Of a stretch of 64,000 nucleotides of DNA, positions 44,779-55,145 are shown in pieces. Location: NCBI GenBank assembly GCA_036376895.1, contig DASUZL010000015.1, forward strand, positions 1,030 through 65,029, in the 5' to 3' direction. A model generated the notes under the pieces. It did no database searches and had not been told where the DNA came from. It saw nothing but the letters and a program-made list of their open reading frames with translations. The DNA comes from Solirubrobacterales bacterium. Lineage in GTDB: Bacteria > Actinomycetota > Thermoleophilia > Solirubrobacterales > 70-9. Numbering within the stretch: position 1 is the first letter of the stretch; each line of letters opens with the position of its first letter. A program made the translations under genes and the position numbers.

Positions 44779-45720
44779 GTGCGCGTCCTCGTCGTCACCA
44801 ACTTCGAGCCCGACGAGGAGGCTCCGCAGCGCGGGCGCTGGGTCCGCGACCAGGTCGATGAGGTGCGTAAGCGCGGAATCGAGGTCGACCTCTTCAGCTT
44901 CCCGCCCGGGCGCGGCGAGTACATGCCGGCGACCAAACGGCTGCGCGCTCTGCTGCGCCGCGAGCGCTTCGACCTCGTCCACGCCCACTACGGACTGCCG
45001 GGCTGGGTCGCAAAGCTGGCCGGGGCAAAGCCGCTGATCGTCACCTTCCACGGCACCGACGTCCGCCACGAGATCGTCGGCGCGCTCTCGCGCCGGCTCG
45101 CCTGGCGGGTCGACCTGGTCGCCGGCGTCTCGCGGGCGCTGTTCGATCCCGAGGACGGGCGGCCGGGACTGCCCGCCGTCCCCGGCTCCGCGGTCCTTCC
45201 CTGCGGCCCCGACCTCGGCCGCTTCGAGCCGGTCCCCCGGGCCGAGGCGCGGCGGGCGCTCGGGCTCGATCCCGACGGCCGCTTCCTCTTCTTCCCCGCC
45301 AACCCGGCACGGCCGGAGAAGCGCCACGACCGCGCCGCCGAGCTCGCAGCCGCCTGCGGGGCGGAGCTGCGCAGCGGCGGCTCGATCGAGCCTGAACAGA
45401 TGCCGCTCTGGCTCAACGCCGCCAGCGCCGTCCTCGTCACCTCCGACTACGAGGGCTTCGGGATGGCGGCGGTCGAGGCGCTGGCCTGCGGCGTGCCGGT
45501 GCTCTCGACCCTGGTCGGCGTCGCCCCCTACGCGCTCGCCGGCGTCGAGGGCTGTCTCTGCGCCCGCTTCGAGCTGGCGGCTTGGAGCGCCGTCGCGCGC
45601 CGCCACCTCGAGGCCGCTGACCCCCGGGTCGAGGCCTCGGCCCGCGCCGACTCGCTCTCGGCGGCGCGCATGGCCGAACGCGTGATCGCCGCCTACCAAG
45701 ACGTCACCGCCACCCCGTAA
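44779..45720 (+). CDS. GT-B fold glycosyltransferase (GT4-like)
   Basis: ORF 44479..45720 trimmed to the GTG at 44779 (VRVLVVTNFEPDEEAPQRGRW...). The C-terminal motif SDYEGFGMAAVEALACGVPV is present. Confidence 0.75.
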   Translation: MRVLVVTNFEPDEEAPQRGRWVRDQVDEVRKRGIEVDLFSFPPGRGEYMPATKRLRALLRRERFDLVHAHYGLPGWVAKLAGAKPLIVTFHGTDVRHEIVGALSRRLAWRVDLVAGVSRALFDPEDGRPGLPAVPGSAVLPCGPDLGRFEPVPRAEARRALGLDPDGRFLFFPANPARPEKRHDRAAELAAACGAELRSGGSIEPEQMPLWLNAASAVLVTSDYEGFGMAAVEALACGVPVLSTLVGVAPYALAGVEGCLCARFELAAWSAVARRHLEAADPRVEASARADSLSAARMAERVIAAYQDVTATP

Positions 45721-45732
45721 TAGATTGATGCG

Positions 45733-46173
45733 ATGAGCGCGGAGACGGGCGACCGGAGCGGCGAACCGCTGAACGCGCGGGTGGCGGAGGCCGAGCGCCG
45801 CCTGCAGGCGGCCGCCGACGTCGCGGCCGAGGCCGAGCGCCGCGCCGAAGCCGAGATCCAGGCCCTCGAGGCCGACCTCGAGAATCATCGCGCCGCCGCT
45901 GACGAGGCGCTGCAGAAGCTGCGACTGAGCCACGAGGAGGAGTTGGAGCGCGAGCGCGAGGCAAAGGAGCGGGCGATCGCCACCGCCGAGAAGCGGCTGA
46001 ACGAGATCGAGGCCGAGGTCGAGGCGGCCGAGCGGCGGATCGAGGCGGCCGAGCACCGCGCCGACGCCGCCGAGGCCGCCGTCGCCGACGAGAAGGCACG
46101 GGCCCGCGAGGCAGCGGCCGCCTGGCTGCGCGAGCAGCTCGACGCGCTGCGCCGGGAGGCGGAGGGCCGATAG
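45733..46173 (+). CDS. hypothetical coiled-coil protein
   Basis: 146 aa of heptad-like A/E/R-rich sequence (AEAERRAEAEIQALEADLE...). No enzymatic motif. Confidence 0.5.
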   Translation: MSAETGDRSGEPLNARVAEAERRLQAAADVAAEAERRAEAEIQALEADLENHRAAADEALQKLRLSHEEELEREREAKERAIATAEKRLNEIEAEVEAAERRIEAAEHRADAAEAAVADEKARAREAAAAWLREQLDALRREAEGR

Positions 46174-46202
46174 CCGCGGTCTCTGAGTACGACGTCGCCG
46201 TC

Positions 46203-47615
46203 GTGGGCGGCGGCGCCGCGGGCCTGTGGACCGCCCTGCGGGCGGCCGAGCAGGGCGGCAAGGTCGCGCTCGTCTCCCGCACCCCGCTCTCGCTCAGCGC
46301 CAGCTTCTGGGCTCAGGGAGGCCTGGCGGCGGCGCTCGAACCCGACGACTCGCCCCAGCTCCACGCCGAGGACACGATCGCCGCCGGGCGCGGGCTCTGC
46401 CGGCCCGCGGCCGTCCAGGTCCTGGTCGAGGAATCCCCGGCCGTGGTCCGCGACCTGCAGGCGCGCGGCGTCGTCTTCGACCTCGACCACGAGGGCCGGC
46501 TCGCGCTCGGGCTCGAGGGCGGGCACAAGCACCGCCGCATCGTCCACTCCGGGGGCAGCCAGACCGGGCACGAGCTGACCTCGAAGCTGGCGGCGATGGT
46601 CGCTGTCGAGGGGCGGATCGAGGTCCTGGAGAAGACTTCGGCACTGGCCCTCTGGAGCGACGGCGAGCGCTGCCACGGCGTGCTCACCAACAACGGCAGC
46701 GTCGGCGCCGCGGCGACGGTGCTGGCGACCGGCGGCGCCGCGGCGCTGTGGCGGCGGACGACCAACCCGCGCGGGGCGATCGGCGCCGGGCCGGTCCTGG
46801 CCGCGGCCGCCGGCGCCGACCTTGCCGACCTCGAGTTCTGCCAGTTCCACCCGACTGCGATGGCCCTGCCGGGGACCGATTTCGACGGCACCCTGATCAC
46901 CGAGGCGATCCGCGGCGAGGGCGCGACCCTGCTCGACGCCGACGGCGAGCGCTTCACCGACGAGCTGGCCCCGCGCGATGCGGTCACGGCGGCGATCCTG
47001 GAGCGGATGCGGGCGACCGCGACGACAAACGTCTGGCTCGACCTGCGCGGGATCGACCAGGCCCGCTTCCCCAACGTCTTCGCCTCGCTGGCCGAGGCCG
47101 GGCTCGACCCACGCGCCGAGCCGGTCCCAATCTCCCCCGCCGCCCACTACACGATGGGCGGCGTCGCAGTCGACCTCGACGGCCGCTCCTCGCTGCCGGG
47201 CCTATACGCCGTCGGCGAGTGCTCATGCACGGGGCTGCACGGCGCCAACCGGCTCGCCTCCAACTCGCTCAGCGAGTGCTTCGTCTTCGGCGGCCGGGCC
47301 GCGGCGGCGGCAGTCGAGGAGGAGACCTCGGGACCGCGGCCGGCGCTGCCGGAGTGGCGCTTCGACCCGCCGACCGAAGAGACCCGCGACAAGGTCTGGC
47401 GCCTGGCCGGGCCGCTGCGCAACCCTGACGACATGGCCCGGCTCGTCTCCGACCCCTACCCGCTGGCCAAGGCGATCGCCCGCGCTGCCCTCGACCGGGC
47501 CGAGTCGCGCGGCGGCCACCTGCGCAGCGACCGCCCCGAGACCGACCCGGCGCTCGACGGCGTCCACGTCGTCCTCGGTCCCGACGGCGCCGCGCGCCAC
47601 GAGGAGTGGCTCTAG
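46203..47615 (+). CDS. nadB: L-aspartate oxidase
   Basis: Contains GGGAAGLW...FWAQGGLAAA...HSGGSQTGHE...RGEGA...HYTMGGV...LYAVGECSCTGLHGANRLASNSL. The track start (GTG 46203) cuts the beta1 strand of the FAD fold. In-frame YDVAVV lies just upstream, so the start is probably upstream and non-canonical. Confidence 0.88.
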   Translation: MGGGAAGLWTALRAAEQGGKVALVSRTPLSLSASFWAQGGLAAALEPDDSPQLHAEDTIAAGRGLCRPAAVQVLVEESPAVVRDLQARGVVFDLDHEGRLALGLEGGHKHRRIVHSGGSQTGHELTSKLAAMVAVEGRIEVLEKTSALALWSDGERCHGVLTNNGSVGAAATVLATGGAAALWRRTTNPRGAIGAGPVLAAAAGADLADLEFCQFHPTAMALPGTDFDGTLITEAIRGEGATLLDADGERFTDELAPRDAVTAAILERMRATATTNVWLDLRGIDQARFPNVFASLAEAGLDPRAEPVPISPAAHYTMGGVAVDLDGRSSLPGLYAVGECSCTGLHGANRLASNSLSECFVFGGRAAAAAVEEETSGPRPALPEWRFDPPTEETRDKVWRLAGPLRNPDDMARLVSDPYPLAKAIARAALDRAESRGGHLRSDRPETDPALDGVHVVLGPDGAARHEEWL

Positions 47616-49619
47616 TTGCTGCTTGGAGTGGACGTCGGCGGCACCTTCACCGACGCCGTCCTGCTCGACCGCGACGAGATCCACAGCGCCAAGGTCCCGA
47701 CCACCCCGGGTGAGGAGTCGGCCGGGGTGATGCGGGCGGTCGCCGCGGTGCTGGCCCGGGCCGGTGCCGAGCCGGCCGCTGTCGAGGTCTTCGCTCACGG
47801 GATGACGGTCGGCACCAACGCCCTGCTGGAGGAGCGCGGCGCCCGCACCGCCCTGGTCGCGACCCACGGCTTCGCCGACGTGATCGAGATCGGCCGCCAG
47901 GACCGGCCCCACCTCTACAAGCTCTGCGAGCCGAAGCCGGAGCCTTTGGTTGCGCGGGATCTGCGCTTCGAGGCGGACGAGCGGGTCGGGCCGGAGGGTG
48001 TGATCGAGCCGCTGGCAGAGGGCGAGCCGGAGCGGATCGCGGCGCTGCTGGAGGAGACCGGCGCCGAGTCGGTTGCGATCTGCCTGCTCTTCTCCTACCT
48101 CGACTCCTCGCACGAGCGCCGCCTCGCCGAGCACCTGCGCCGGCGCCTGCCCGGCACCCACGTCTCCGTCTCGCACGAGGTGCTGCCCCGCTTCCGCGAG
48201 TACGAGCGCTGCTCGACCACGGTGATCGACGCCTACCTCAGCCCCCTGCTCGGCCGCTACCTGGGCCAGCTCGGCGAGGCCACCGCCGAGGCCGGGCTGC
48301 CGCAGCCGCTGGTGATGCGCTCCTCCGGCGGCGTCGCCCCGGCCGCGGAGGCCGCCCGCTCCGGCGCCTGGAGCGTGCTCTCGGGCCCGGCCGGCGGCGC
48401 GGTCGGCGCCGGGCTGCTGGCCCGCCGCAGCGGCGACGGCAACGCCCTCGGCTTCGACATGGGCGGCACCTCCTGCGACGTCTGCGTGGTCGAGGACGGC
48501 GCCGTCCGCCGCACCGACTCGCGCGAGATCGGCGGCCGCACGATCCAGTTGCCGATGGTCGACGTGCACACGGTCGGCGCCGGCGGCGGCTCGATCGGGT
48601 GGCGCGACAGCGGCGGCGCCCTGCGGGTCGGGCCGCGCTCGGCCGGCGCCGAACCGGGCCCCGCCTGTTACGGCCGCGGCGGCACCGAGCCGACGGTCAC
48701 CGACGCCAACCTCGTGCTCGGCAACCTCGCCGCCGACTCGCGCCTGGCGGGCGAAGTCGCCCTCGACGCAGAGGCAGCCGAGGCCGCGATCGACCGCCTC
48801 GCCGCCGAGCTCGGGCTGGAGCGGCTGCAGACGGCGGCCGGGGTCGTCCGCGTCGCCAACCAGGAGATGCTGCGGGCGCTGCGCGTGGTCACGGTCGAGC
48901 GCGGCATCGACCCACGCGGCTTTGCGCTGATGCCGTTCGGCGGCGCCGGCCCGATGCACGCGGCGGCGATCGCCGCCGAGCTCGGAATCGAGTCGATCCT
49001 CTGTCCTCGCGCCAGCGGCGTCCTCTCCGCCCTCGGCCTCTGCGCCTCAGAGCGCCGCCGCGACACCGCCCGCACGGTGATGCTGAGCGGCAAGGATCTG
49101 AGCGCGGAGCGGATCGCCGCCCAGGTGAGCGAGCTGATCGCGGCCGCCGGCGCCGGCCTCGAGGGGGCGCGGCCCGAAGTCACCTACGAGCTGCGCTACG
49201 CCGGCCAGGCCTTCCAACTGCCGGTGCCGGGGCCGGTCGACCCCGACCCGGCGGAGCTGATCGCCGGCTTCGAGCGGCTGCACGAGGAGCGCTATGGCCA
49301 CCGCGACCCCGAGGGCGAAGTTGTCCTCGTCGACATCGGGCTGGCCTTGGTCGTGCCGGGGCCCGAGCCGCACCCACGCGCCGCCGAGGCCCCGCTGGAA
49401 GAGACGAGCCGGCCGGTCTACTTCGGCGAGGAGTGGGTCGAGACCCCGGTCCTGCGCGGCGAGCCGCCCGCCGGCACCGCCGCCGAGGGACCGGTCGTCT
49501 TCGAGCTGCCAGAGGCAACCCTGGTCTTGCCACCGGGCTGGTCGGCGACGGTCGACGAGGCCGGCACGATTGGTGCAGGTTTCTTTTCCGAAGCAAAAGG
49601 TGCAAAAGTAACTGACTGA
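47616..49619 (+). CDS. hydantoinase/oxoprolinase family protein, A subunit (HyuA-like)
   Basis: 667 aa. Starts LLGVDVGGTFTDAVLLD. An internal FDMGGTSCDV is present. Confidence 0.88.
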   Translation: MLLGVDVGGTFTDAVLLDRDEIHSAKVPTTPGEESAGVMRAVAAVLARAGAEPAAVEVFAHGMTVGTNALLEERGARTALVATHGFADVIEIGRQDRPHLYKLCEPKPEPLVARDLRFEADERVGPEGVIEPLAEGEPERIAALLEETGAESVAICLLFSYLDSSHERRLAEHLRRRLPGTHVSVSHEVLPRFREYERCSTTVIDAYLSPLLGRYLGQLGEATAEAGLPQPLVMRSSGGVAPAAEAARSGAWSVLSGPAGGAVGAGLLARRSGDGNALGFDMGGTSCDVCVVEDGAVRRTDSREIGGRTIQLPMVDVHTVGAGGGSIGWRDSGGALRVGPRSAGAEPGPACYGRGGTEPTVTDANLVLGNLAADSRLAGEVALDAEAAEAAIDRLAAELGLERLQTAAGVVRVANQEMLRALRVVTVERGIDPRGFALMPFGGAGPMHAAAIAAELGIESILCPRASGVLSALGLCASERRRDTARTVMLSGKDLSAERIAAQVSELIAAAGAGLEGARPEVTYELRYAGQAFQLPVPGPVDPDPAELIAGFERLHEERYGHRDPEGEVVLVDIGLALVVPGPEPHPRAAEAPLEETSRPVYFGEEWVETPVLRGEPPAGTAAEGPVVFELPEATLVLPPGWSATVDEAGTIGAGFFSEAKGAKVTD

Positions 49620-51133
49620 TGAGCAGTCTCGATCCGATTACGCTGCAAATCCTGGTCGGCGGACTGCGATCCGCCTGCGACGAGATGGGCGCCACTTTGA
49701 TCCGCTCCGCCTACTCGGCCAACGTCAAGGAGCGCCACGACTGCTCGACCGCGCTCTTCGACGCCGCCGGCGAGCTGGTGATGCAGGCCGAGCACATCCC
49801 GGTCCACCTCGGCTCGATGCCCGACGCGGTCGCCGTCGTCCTCGACCGCGAGCACGAGCCAGGGCTGTCCTGGATCCTCAACGACCCCTACCGCGGCGGC
49901 ACCCACCTGCCCGACATCACCCTCGTCTCCCCCGTCTTCGTCGCCGGCGAGCTGTTCGGGTTCGCTGCCAGCCGCGCCCACCACGCCGACGTCGGCGGGC
50001 CGACCCCGGGCGGGATGCCGGCCTTCTCGAAGACGCTGGCCGACGAGGGCGTGGTGATCCCGCCGACCCCAGCGACCGAGCCCGAGCTGGAGCGCCTCGC
50101 CGCGCAGATGCGGTTCCCGCGGCAGCGGCTTGCCGACCTGCGCGCGCAGCGCGCCGCCAACCGGGTCGGCGAGCGCCGCCTGCTGGAGCTGGCCGAGCGC
50201 CACGGCGCCGAGCTCCTACGGGAAGGGATGGCCGAGATCCTCGCCTACACCGAGCGCCGCGCCCGCGCCGCCATCGCCGCCCTGCCCGACGGCGTCTACA
50301 GCGCCGAGGACGTGCTCGAGGACGATTCCGCCGCGACCGAGCGCGACGTCCGCCTGCGGGTCGAGGCGACGATCGCCGGCGACTCTCTGCGGCTCGACTT
50401 CAGCGGCACCGACCCGCAGGTCGACGGCAACCTCAACTGCCCGCTCTCGGTGACCAAATCGGCCGCCTTCTTCGCTGTCCGCGTCCTCACCGACCCCGAG
50501 GCGCCGCCATCCGCCGGCGCTCACCGGCCGATCGAGGTCAGCGCCCCAGCCGGCTGCCTGCTCAACGCTGCCTTCCCGGCGGCGGTCGCCTCGGGCAACG
50601 TCGAGACCTCGAGCCGCGTTGCCGACCTCGTGCTCGCCGCCCTCGCCGGCGCCTGTCCGGTGCCCGCGGCCGGCCAGGGCACGATGAACAACCTCACCCT
50701 GGCCAACGACGAGTTCACCTACTACGAGACGATCGGCGGCGGCCAGGGCGCCTGCCCCGGTGGCGACGGCCCCAGCGCAATCCACGTCGCGATGACGAAC
50801 ACGCTGAACACCCCCGTCGAGGCCCTGGAGACCGAGTTCCCGCTGCGGGTCCGTGAGCTGGCGCTGCGCCGCGGCAGCGGCGGTGCCGGCGCCCACCGCG
50901 GCGGCGACGGGATCGTGCGCGAGCTCGAGGCCCTGGCGCCGATGCGGTTCACCCTGATCGCCGAGCGGCGGCGCCACCCGCCCCGCGGCCGCGACGGCGG
51001 CGCCGACGGCGCGCCCGGGCGCGACTACTGCAACGACAAGCGATTGCCAGGCAAGGCGGAGGGCGACCTCTTACCCGGCGATCGGCTGCGAATCGAGACC
51101 CCGGGGGGCGGCGGCCGCGGCAAAGAGGTTTAG
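49619..51133 (+). CDS. hydantoinase B/oxoprolinase family protein (HyuB-like)
   Basis: 504 aa. Contains [50 protein letters not shown]. The start overlaps the HyuA stop. Confidence 0.88.
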   Translation: MSSLDPITLQILVGGLRSACDEMGATLIRSAYSANVKERHDCSTALFDAAGELVMQAEHIPVHLGSMPDAVAVVLDREHEPGLSWILNDPYRGGTHLPDITLVSPVFVAGELFGFAASRAHHADVGGPTPGGMPAFSKTLADEGVVIPPTPATEPELERLAAQMRFPRQRLADLRAQRAANRVGERRLLELAERHGAELLREGMAEILAYTERRARAAIAALPDGVYSAEDVLEDDSAATERDVRLRVEATIAGDSLRLDFSGTDPQVDGNLNCPLSVTKSAAFFAVRVLTDPEAPPSAGAHRPIEVSAPAGCLLNAAFPAAVASGNVETSSRVADLVLAALAGACPVPAAGQGTMNNLTLANDEFTYYETIGGGQGACPGGDGPSAIHVAMTNTLNTPVEALETEFPLRVRELALRRGSGGAGAHRGGDGIVRELEALAPMRFTLIAERRRHPPRGRDGGADGAPGRDYCNDKRLPGKAEGDLLPGDRLRIETPGGGGRGKEV

Positions 51134-51172
51134 GCGAAATGGAATAGATCGAGAAAGTGAATTGTCAGACCA

Positions 51173-53311
51173 TTGGTGGAACGACTCCAGTCATGGTTCC
51201 GAGCCGAGGCTCCCTCCCAGCCCCTGTGGCTGATCCCGGTTGGCGCCGTTCTCTACACGGTCGTCGGCATCTTCAGCCTCGAGACGCTGACTGTGGACGC
51301 GGTCTCGCCGCTCTGGCCCGGCGCCGGGATCGGGCTGCTGCTGGCACTCTGGTTCGGCTGGCGCGGGCTGGCGGCACTCTGGGTCGCCGACGTGATGATC
51401 GGCGTGCTCGGACCGATCTCGGTCGGCGTGGCGCTGCCACCGGCTACCGCCACTGCGGTCGCGATCGAGGCCGGAGTCGGGGCGGCGCTGATCGTCTCCC
51501 TCGGGATCAATCCGGCCCTGCGCACGACCCGCGACACGGTCGGCTTCGTCGCCGCGATCGCCGCCGCCGGGGCGATCGGGGCCGTGCTCGGGGCGGTGGC
51601 GCTGGTCACCGCCGGAGCGGGATCGAACTTCTTCGACGCCTTCGGCACCTGGTGGCTATCTGACGTCTGCGGCGCCTTCCTCGTCGGCGGGCTCGGCCTG
51701 GTCATCCCGGCCACCCGCATCCCCGGCGCCCACACCGCGCTGAAACTGGCCGGAGCGCTGACGCTGGTTGCGATCACCGCGGCGGCGCTGAACCTGATCG
51801 GCGACGCCGCCCCGGTGGCGCTGATCCCTGCGGTGACGCTGGCGGCGGTGATCGGCCGCGGCCCGGGCGCCCTCGGCGCCGGCGTCGTCGCCGCGGCCGT
51901 CGCCCTGCCCTTTGTAGAGGGAGGCGCGAGCGGCTTTGCCGGCCGCGGCGCTTCCGGCGTCTTCGAGCTCGAGTTCATCCTCACCGCGATGACGATCACG
52001 GTCCTCGTCCTCGCCGCCACGCTCGACGCCCGCGACGACGCGATCGCCGACCTCACCGCCCGCGCCGCGACCGACGAGCTGACCGGCCTCTCCAACCGCT
52101 TCGGGCTGGAGATCCACCTGCGCGGGATCACCGCCGCCGAAGTCGGCCTCATCGTCTTCAGCATCGACCGCTTCCGCCTGATCAAGAGCGGCCTCGGCTA
52201 CGAGGCCGGCGACCGCTTCCTGGTCGAGACGGGGTCGAGGCTGGCCACGGTCGCCCCCAGCGGCGGCAGGATCGCGCGCCTGGAGGGGGACGAGTTCGCC
52301 GTCCTGCACGGGCCGGGAACGAACCGCGGCGAAACCATCGCCCTGGCCGAGAAGGCGCTGGCCCTGCTCTCGCGGCCGTTCCAGATCGAGGGACACACAG
52401 TGACCCCGACGATCAGCGCCGGCATCGCCTGGACCAAGCCGCACGAAGCGCTCAGCGACGCCGCGATCGCCCTCCACGACGCCAAGACCGCCGGCGGCGG
52501 GCGCTGGCGGCTGAGCCGCAGCGGCGCCCATGGCAGCCACCCGCTGCGGCGCGAGGCGCAACTGCGCGAGGCGATCTCCAACGGCCAGGTGGTCCCCTAC
52601 TTCCAGCCGATCGTCTGCCTCGGCGACAAATGCGTCGCCAGCTGCGAGGCGCTGGCCCGCTGGCACCACCCCCGCCGCGGCCTGCTCAACCCCGCCGACT
52701 TCGTGCCGGTCGCCGAGCAGGGCGAGGTGATCCACGAGCTCGGCGCCCGCATGCTGCAGTGGGCTTGCGAGGAGGCCGCCCGCTGGCCCTCGCGGATCTC
52801 GGTCGCGGTCAACATCTCCGCCCGCCAGCTTCATCCCGGGCTCGCCGGGCAGGTCGAAGCCGCGCTTGCGAACGCCGGGATCGGCCCCGAGCGGCTCCAG
52901 CTCGAGCTGACCGAGACCGCCGTGCTCGACCAGGTCGACGCCGACGCGACCCTGCGGGCGCTGCGCCGCACCGGTGTCACCCTCGCCCTCGACGACTTCG
53001 GGACCGGCTGGTCCTCGTTCGAGATCGCCCAGGCGCTGCGCGTGGACAGGCTGAAGATCGACCGCTCCTTCGTCGCCCGGATCGGCGAAAACGGCTCCGA
53101 AGCGGCGCTGATCGCGGCGATGGTGGCGATGGCCCGGGCGATCGACGCCGACATCGTCGCCGAGGGCGTGGAAACGCTCGAGCAGCACGAAACCCTGGTC
53201 GAGCTCGGAGTCGACGCAGCTCAGGGCTACCTCTACTCGCACCCGGTGCCGGGCGAGGAGTTGGCCGAATTTCTTACGAACCGGGCCGATTGGGCCCACT
53301 TTCCAGCATGA
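51173..53311 (+). CDS. membrane sensor protein with GGDEF (variant EGDEF) and EAL domains
   Basis: 712 aa with about 8 N-terminal TM segments (MASE-like). The GGDEF domain (DELTGLSNRF...IARLEGDEFAVL) is followed by an EAL domain (CEALARWHHP...DDFGTGWSS...EGVET...QGYLYS). Confidence 0.88.
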   Translation: MVERLQSWFRAEAPSQPLWLIPVGAVLYTVVGIFSLETLTVDAVSPLWPGAGIGLLLALWFGWRGLAALWVADVMIGVLGPISVGVALPPATATAVAIEAGVGAALIVSLGINPALRTTRDTVGFVAAIAAAGAIGAVLGAVALVTAGAGSNFFDAFGTWWLSDVCGAFLVGGLGLVIPATRIPGAHTALKLAGALTLVAITAAALNLIGDAAPVALIPAVTLAAVIGRGPGALGAGVVAAAVALPFVEGGASGFAGRGASGVFELEFILTAMTITVLVLAATLDARDDAIADLTARAATDELTGLSNRFGLEIHLRGITAAEVGLIVFSIDRFRLIKSGLGYEAGDRFLVETGSRLATVAPSGGRIARLEGDEFAVLHGPGTNRGETIALAEKALALLSRPFQIEGHTVTPTISAGIAWTKPHEALSDAAIALHDAKTAGGGRWRLSRSGAHGSHPLRREAQLREAISNGQVVPYFQPIVCLGDKCVASCEALARWHHPRRGLLNPADFVPVAEQGEVIHELGARMLQWACEEAARWPSRISVAVNISARQLHPGLAGQVEAALANAGIGPERLQLELTETAVLDQVDADATLRALRRTGVTLALDDFGTGWSSFEIAQALRVDRLKIDRSFVARIGENGSEAALIAAMVAMARAIDADIVAEGVETLEQHETLVELGVDAAQGYLYSHPVPGEELAEFLTNRADWAHFPA

Positions 53312-53458
53312 GAATCGCCCTGGAGGGGCAAATTTATTTGGTGATTTCGAGTTGCTCCTCTAGAATGCACGCCCTCAGGCGGGCGCACGGGTCGCAGTAC
53401 GACCCGGAGGCGAAGTTCCAGCCCCACCTCCACATCAATCTCTGAAGGTACTAACTCA

Positions 53459-54091
53459 ATGCCGATCGCTATCAAGGAATGGGCAGTCACTGTCCGCGCG
53501 CTCGCCGAGGGCGAGCAGCTGTTGACTCTTCGCAAGGGCGGGATCCGCGAGGAGAACAAGCACTTCGAACTCGAGCACGAGCGCTTCTTCCTCTACCCCA
53601 CTTTCGACCACCAGCGGAACGACTTGGTGCGTGAATCGCATCACCCCGAGTTGCGCCGCGCCCTCGAGGAGGGTGTCTGGCCCGACGAGGAGCCGCCGCC
53701 GAAAGCGCTGCTCCAGGACGGCGGCATCCCGCAGCCGGACCGGGTGCGCCTGCGCGCCTGGGCCGAGGTCACCGATCACGTCACGATCAACGACCGTCGC
53801 ACCCTCGACTGCCTCTCGCCGTACTACGTCTGGACTCCGGACTACGCCGAGAAGCGGCTGAACTGGAAGCGTCGCCACCCACTCCACATCCTGCTGCTGC
53901 GGGTTCATCGCATCCCGCGCCCGGTCACCGTGCGCGTCCGCGACGAGTACCACGGCTGCCGCTCCTGGGTCGAGATCGACCGCGAACTCCCCTTCGAGGG
54001 AACCCCGGTGATGGCGGACGAGGAGTTCGACCGCGCGCGCCAAGAGATCATGGATGTATGTGCGGGCGCAGCCGAGCCCGCTCTCGTTTGA
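53459..54091 (+). CDS. DUF1802-like protein
   Basis: 210 aa. The sequence IAIKEWAVTVRALAEGEQLLTLRKGGIREENKHFELEHERFFLYPTFDHQ matches my memory of the DUF1802 N-terminal pattern. An SD (GAAGG) lies upstream. Confidence 0.55.
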   Translation: MPIAIKEWAVTVRALAEGEQLLTLRKGGIREENKHFELEHERFFLYPTFDHQRNDLVRESHHPELRRALEEGVWPDEEPPPKALLQDGGIPQPDRVRLRAWAEVTDHVTINDRRTLDCLSPYYVWTPDYAEKRLNWKRRHPLHILLLRVHRIPRPVTVRVRDEYHGCRSWVEIDRELPFEGTPVMADEEFDRARQEIMDVCAGAAEPALV

Positions 54092-54120
54092 GCCTCGGCT
54101 GCGCTCGCTAATCTCGGTCC

Positions 54121-54879
54121 ATGTCCTGGATCGAGACTGAGTCGCTGAGCTTCACGGCCAGGCACGACACCGACGATTCGGCGTTCGCGGAGCGGACGCT
54201 GGACCGGATGGAGAACCTGCGGCTGCGGCTCGAAGACCGCTTCGCGGTGGTCCCGGGCGAGGTCACGGTCGTCATCCACACCAACCCTGCCTGGCTGACG
54301 ATGGCCCACCCCTTCCTGCCCGCCGCCCGCTGGTCGGCGGCGCCGGCGGGGCGGCGCTACCTCGCCGGCTGGGCGATGGCGACCGAGCTGCACGTCCTCA
54401 ACGACCCGCACATGGAACGGCGCGCCGCCGCCGACGACTCGCTGGAGGCGCTTCGCGGCACCGCCGAGCGCCTCTACGCGCAGCTCGTCGTCGCCGCCAA
54501 CAACTCCGCCCTCCCCCCCTCCTGGACGCCGCGCCGCTTCGCCCGCTACCTGCGCTGGGCCTGGCTGGTCGAAGGCGGCGCCCAGTACTTCGCCCGCCAG
54601 GTCGGCCTCTACCGGGCGGCGGTGATCCGCCGCCTGCGCGAAAGCGCCCGGCCCTCGTTCCCGCCCTCGCGCCGCGACGCGGTGATCCTCGGCGGCACGA
54701 TCTTCGACCTGCTCGAGAACGAGCGCGGCCCCGAGGCCTGCGAGCGCCTGGTCGACGGCCTCCTGCCCGGCGGCGCCGTCCCCACCTTGGAAGACGCCTT
54801 CGACGCCCGCTTCCGCGACATCGAGTCCGCCTGGCGCGACCACCTGCGCGGCATGGCCCGCCCGCTCGGCGTCAGCTAA
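54121..54879 (+). CDS. hypothetical protein
   Basis: 252-aa ORF with good G/C third-position bias. No motif recognised. Confidence 0.5.
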   Translation: MSWIETESLSFTARHDTDDSAFAERTLDRMENLRLRLEDRFAVVPGEVTVVIHTNPAWLTMAHPFLPAARWSAAPAGRRYLAGWAMATELHVLNDPHMERRAAADDSLEALRGTAERLYAQLVVAANNSALPPSWTPRRFARYLRWAWLVEGGAQYFARQVGLYRAAVIRRLRESARPSFPPSRRDAVILGGTIFDLLENERGPEACERLVDGLLPGGAVPTLEDAFDARFRDIESAWRDHLRGMARPLGVS

Positions 54880-55136
54880 CCCGCCTCTTCGTCTTCGACC
54901 AGCGTCTCGGCCAGCAACTGGCGGGCCTGCTCAGCCTGGTTCGCGCGGACCATCACCTGCTGCGGGCCGCCGCCGAAACCGCGGTCCAGGGTGCCAAAGC
55001 CAAGCGGGCCGCCGCCATCGAGCGGCGCCGGGCGCAGCATGCTTGCGATGCCGGCGTTCTCCAGCAGGCCCTTGATCAAATCCCCCTCGGTCACGTCACG
55101 GGTGAAGGCGACCGCGACCAGTTCCTCCCCACCCAT
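54876..55136 (-). CDS. DUF2007-like small protein
   Basis: 86 aa. Contains VAVAFTRDVTEGDLIKGLLENAGIASMLR...VMVRANQAEQARQLL, the pattern of putative signal-transducing DUF2007 domains. Confidence 0.5.
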   Translation of the reverse strand: MGGEELVAVAFTRDVTEGDLIKGLLENAGIASMLRPAPLDGGGPLGFGTLDRGFGGGPQQVMVRANQAEQARQLLAETLVEDEEAG

Positions 55137-55145
55137 CGGGACCCC

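Noticed and set aside
44665-48959. Long minus-strand ORFs (463, 420 and 578 aa) opposite the glycosyltransferase, nadB and hyuA
   Set aside because: They are antisense shadows. The plus-strand genes carry clear GT4, FAD-oxidase and hydantoinase motifs.
53308-53445. 45-codon ORF whose ATG overlaps the GGDEF-EAL stop (ATGA)
   Set aside because: The first half uses many A/T-ending codons, atypical for this genome, and no motif is present. The region also contains a small hairpin (GCCC-tgga-GGGGC) followed by T-rich sequence, which more likely acts as a weak terminator.
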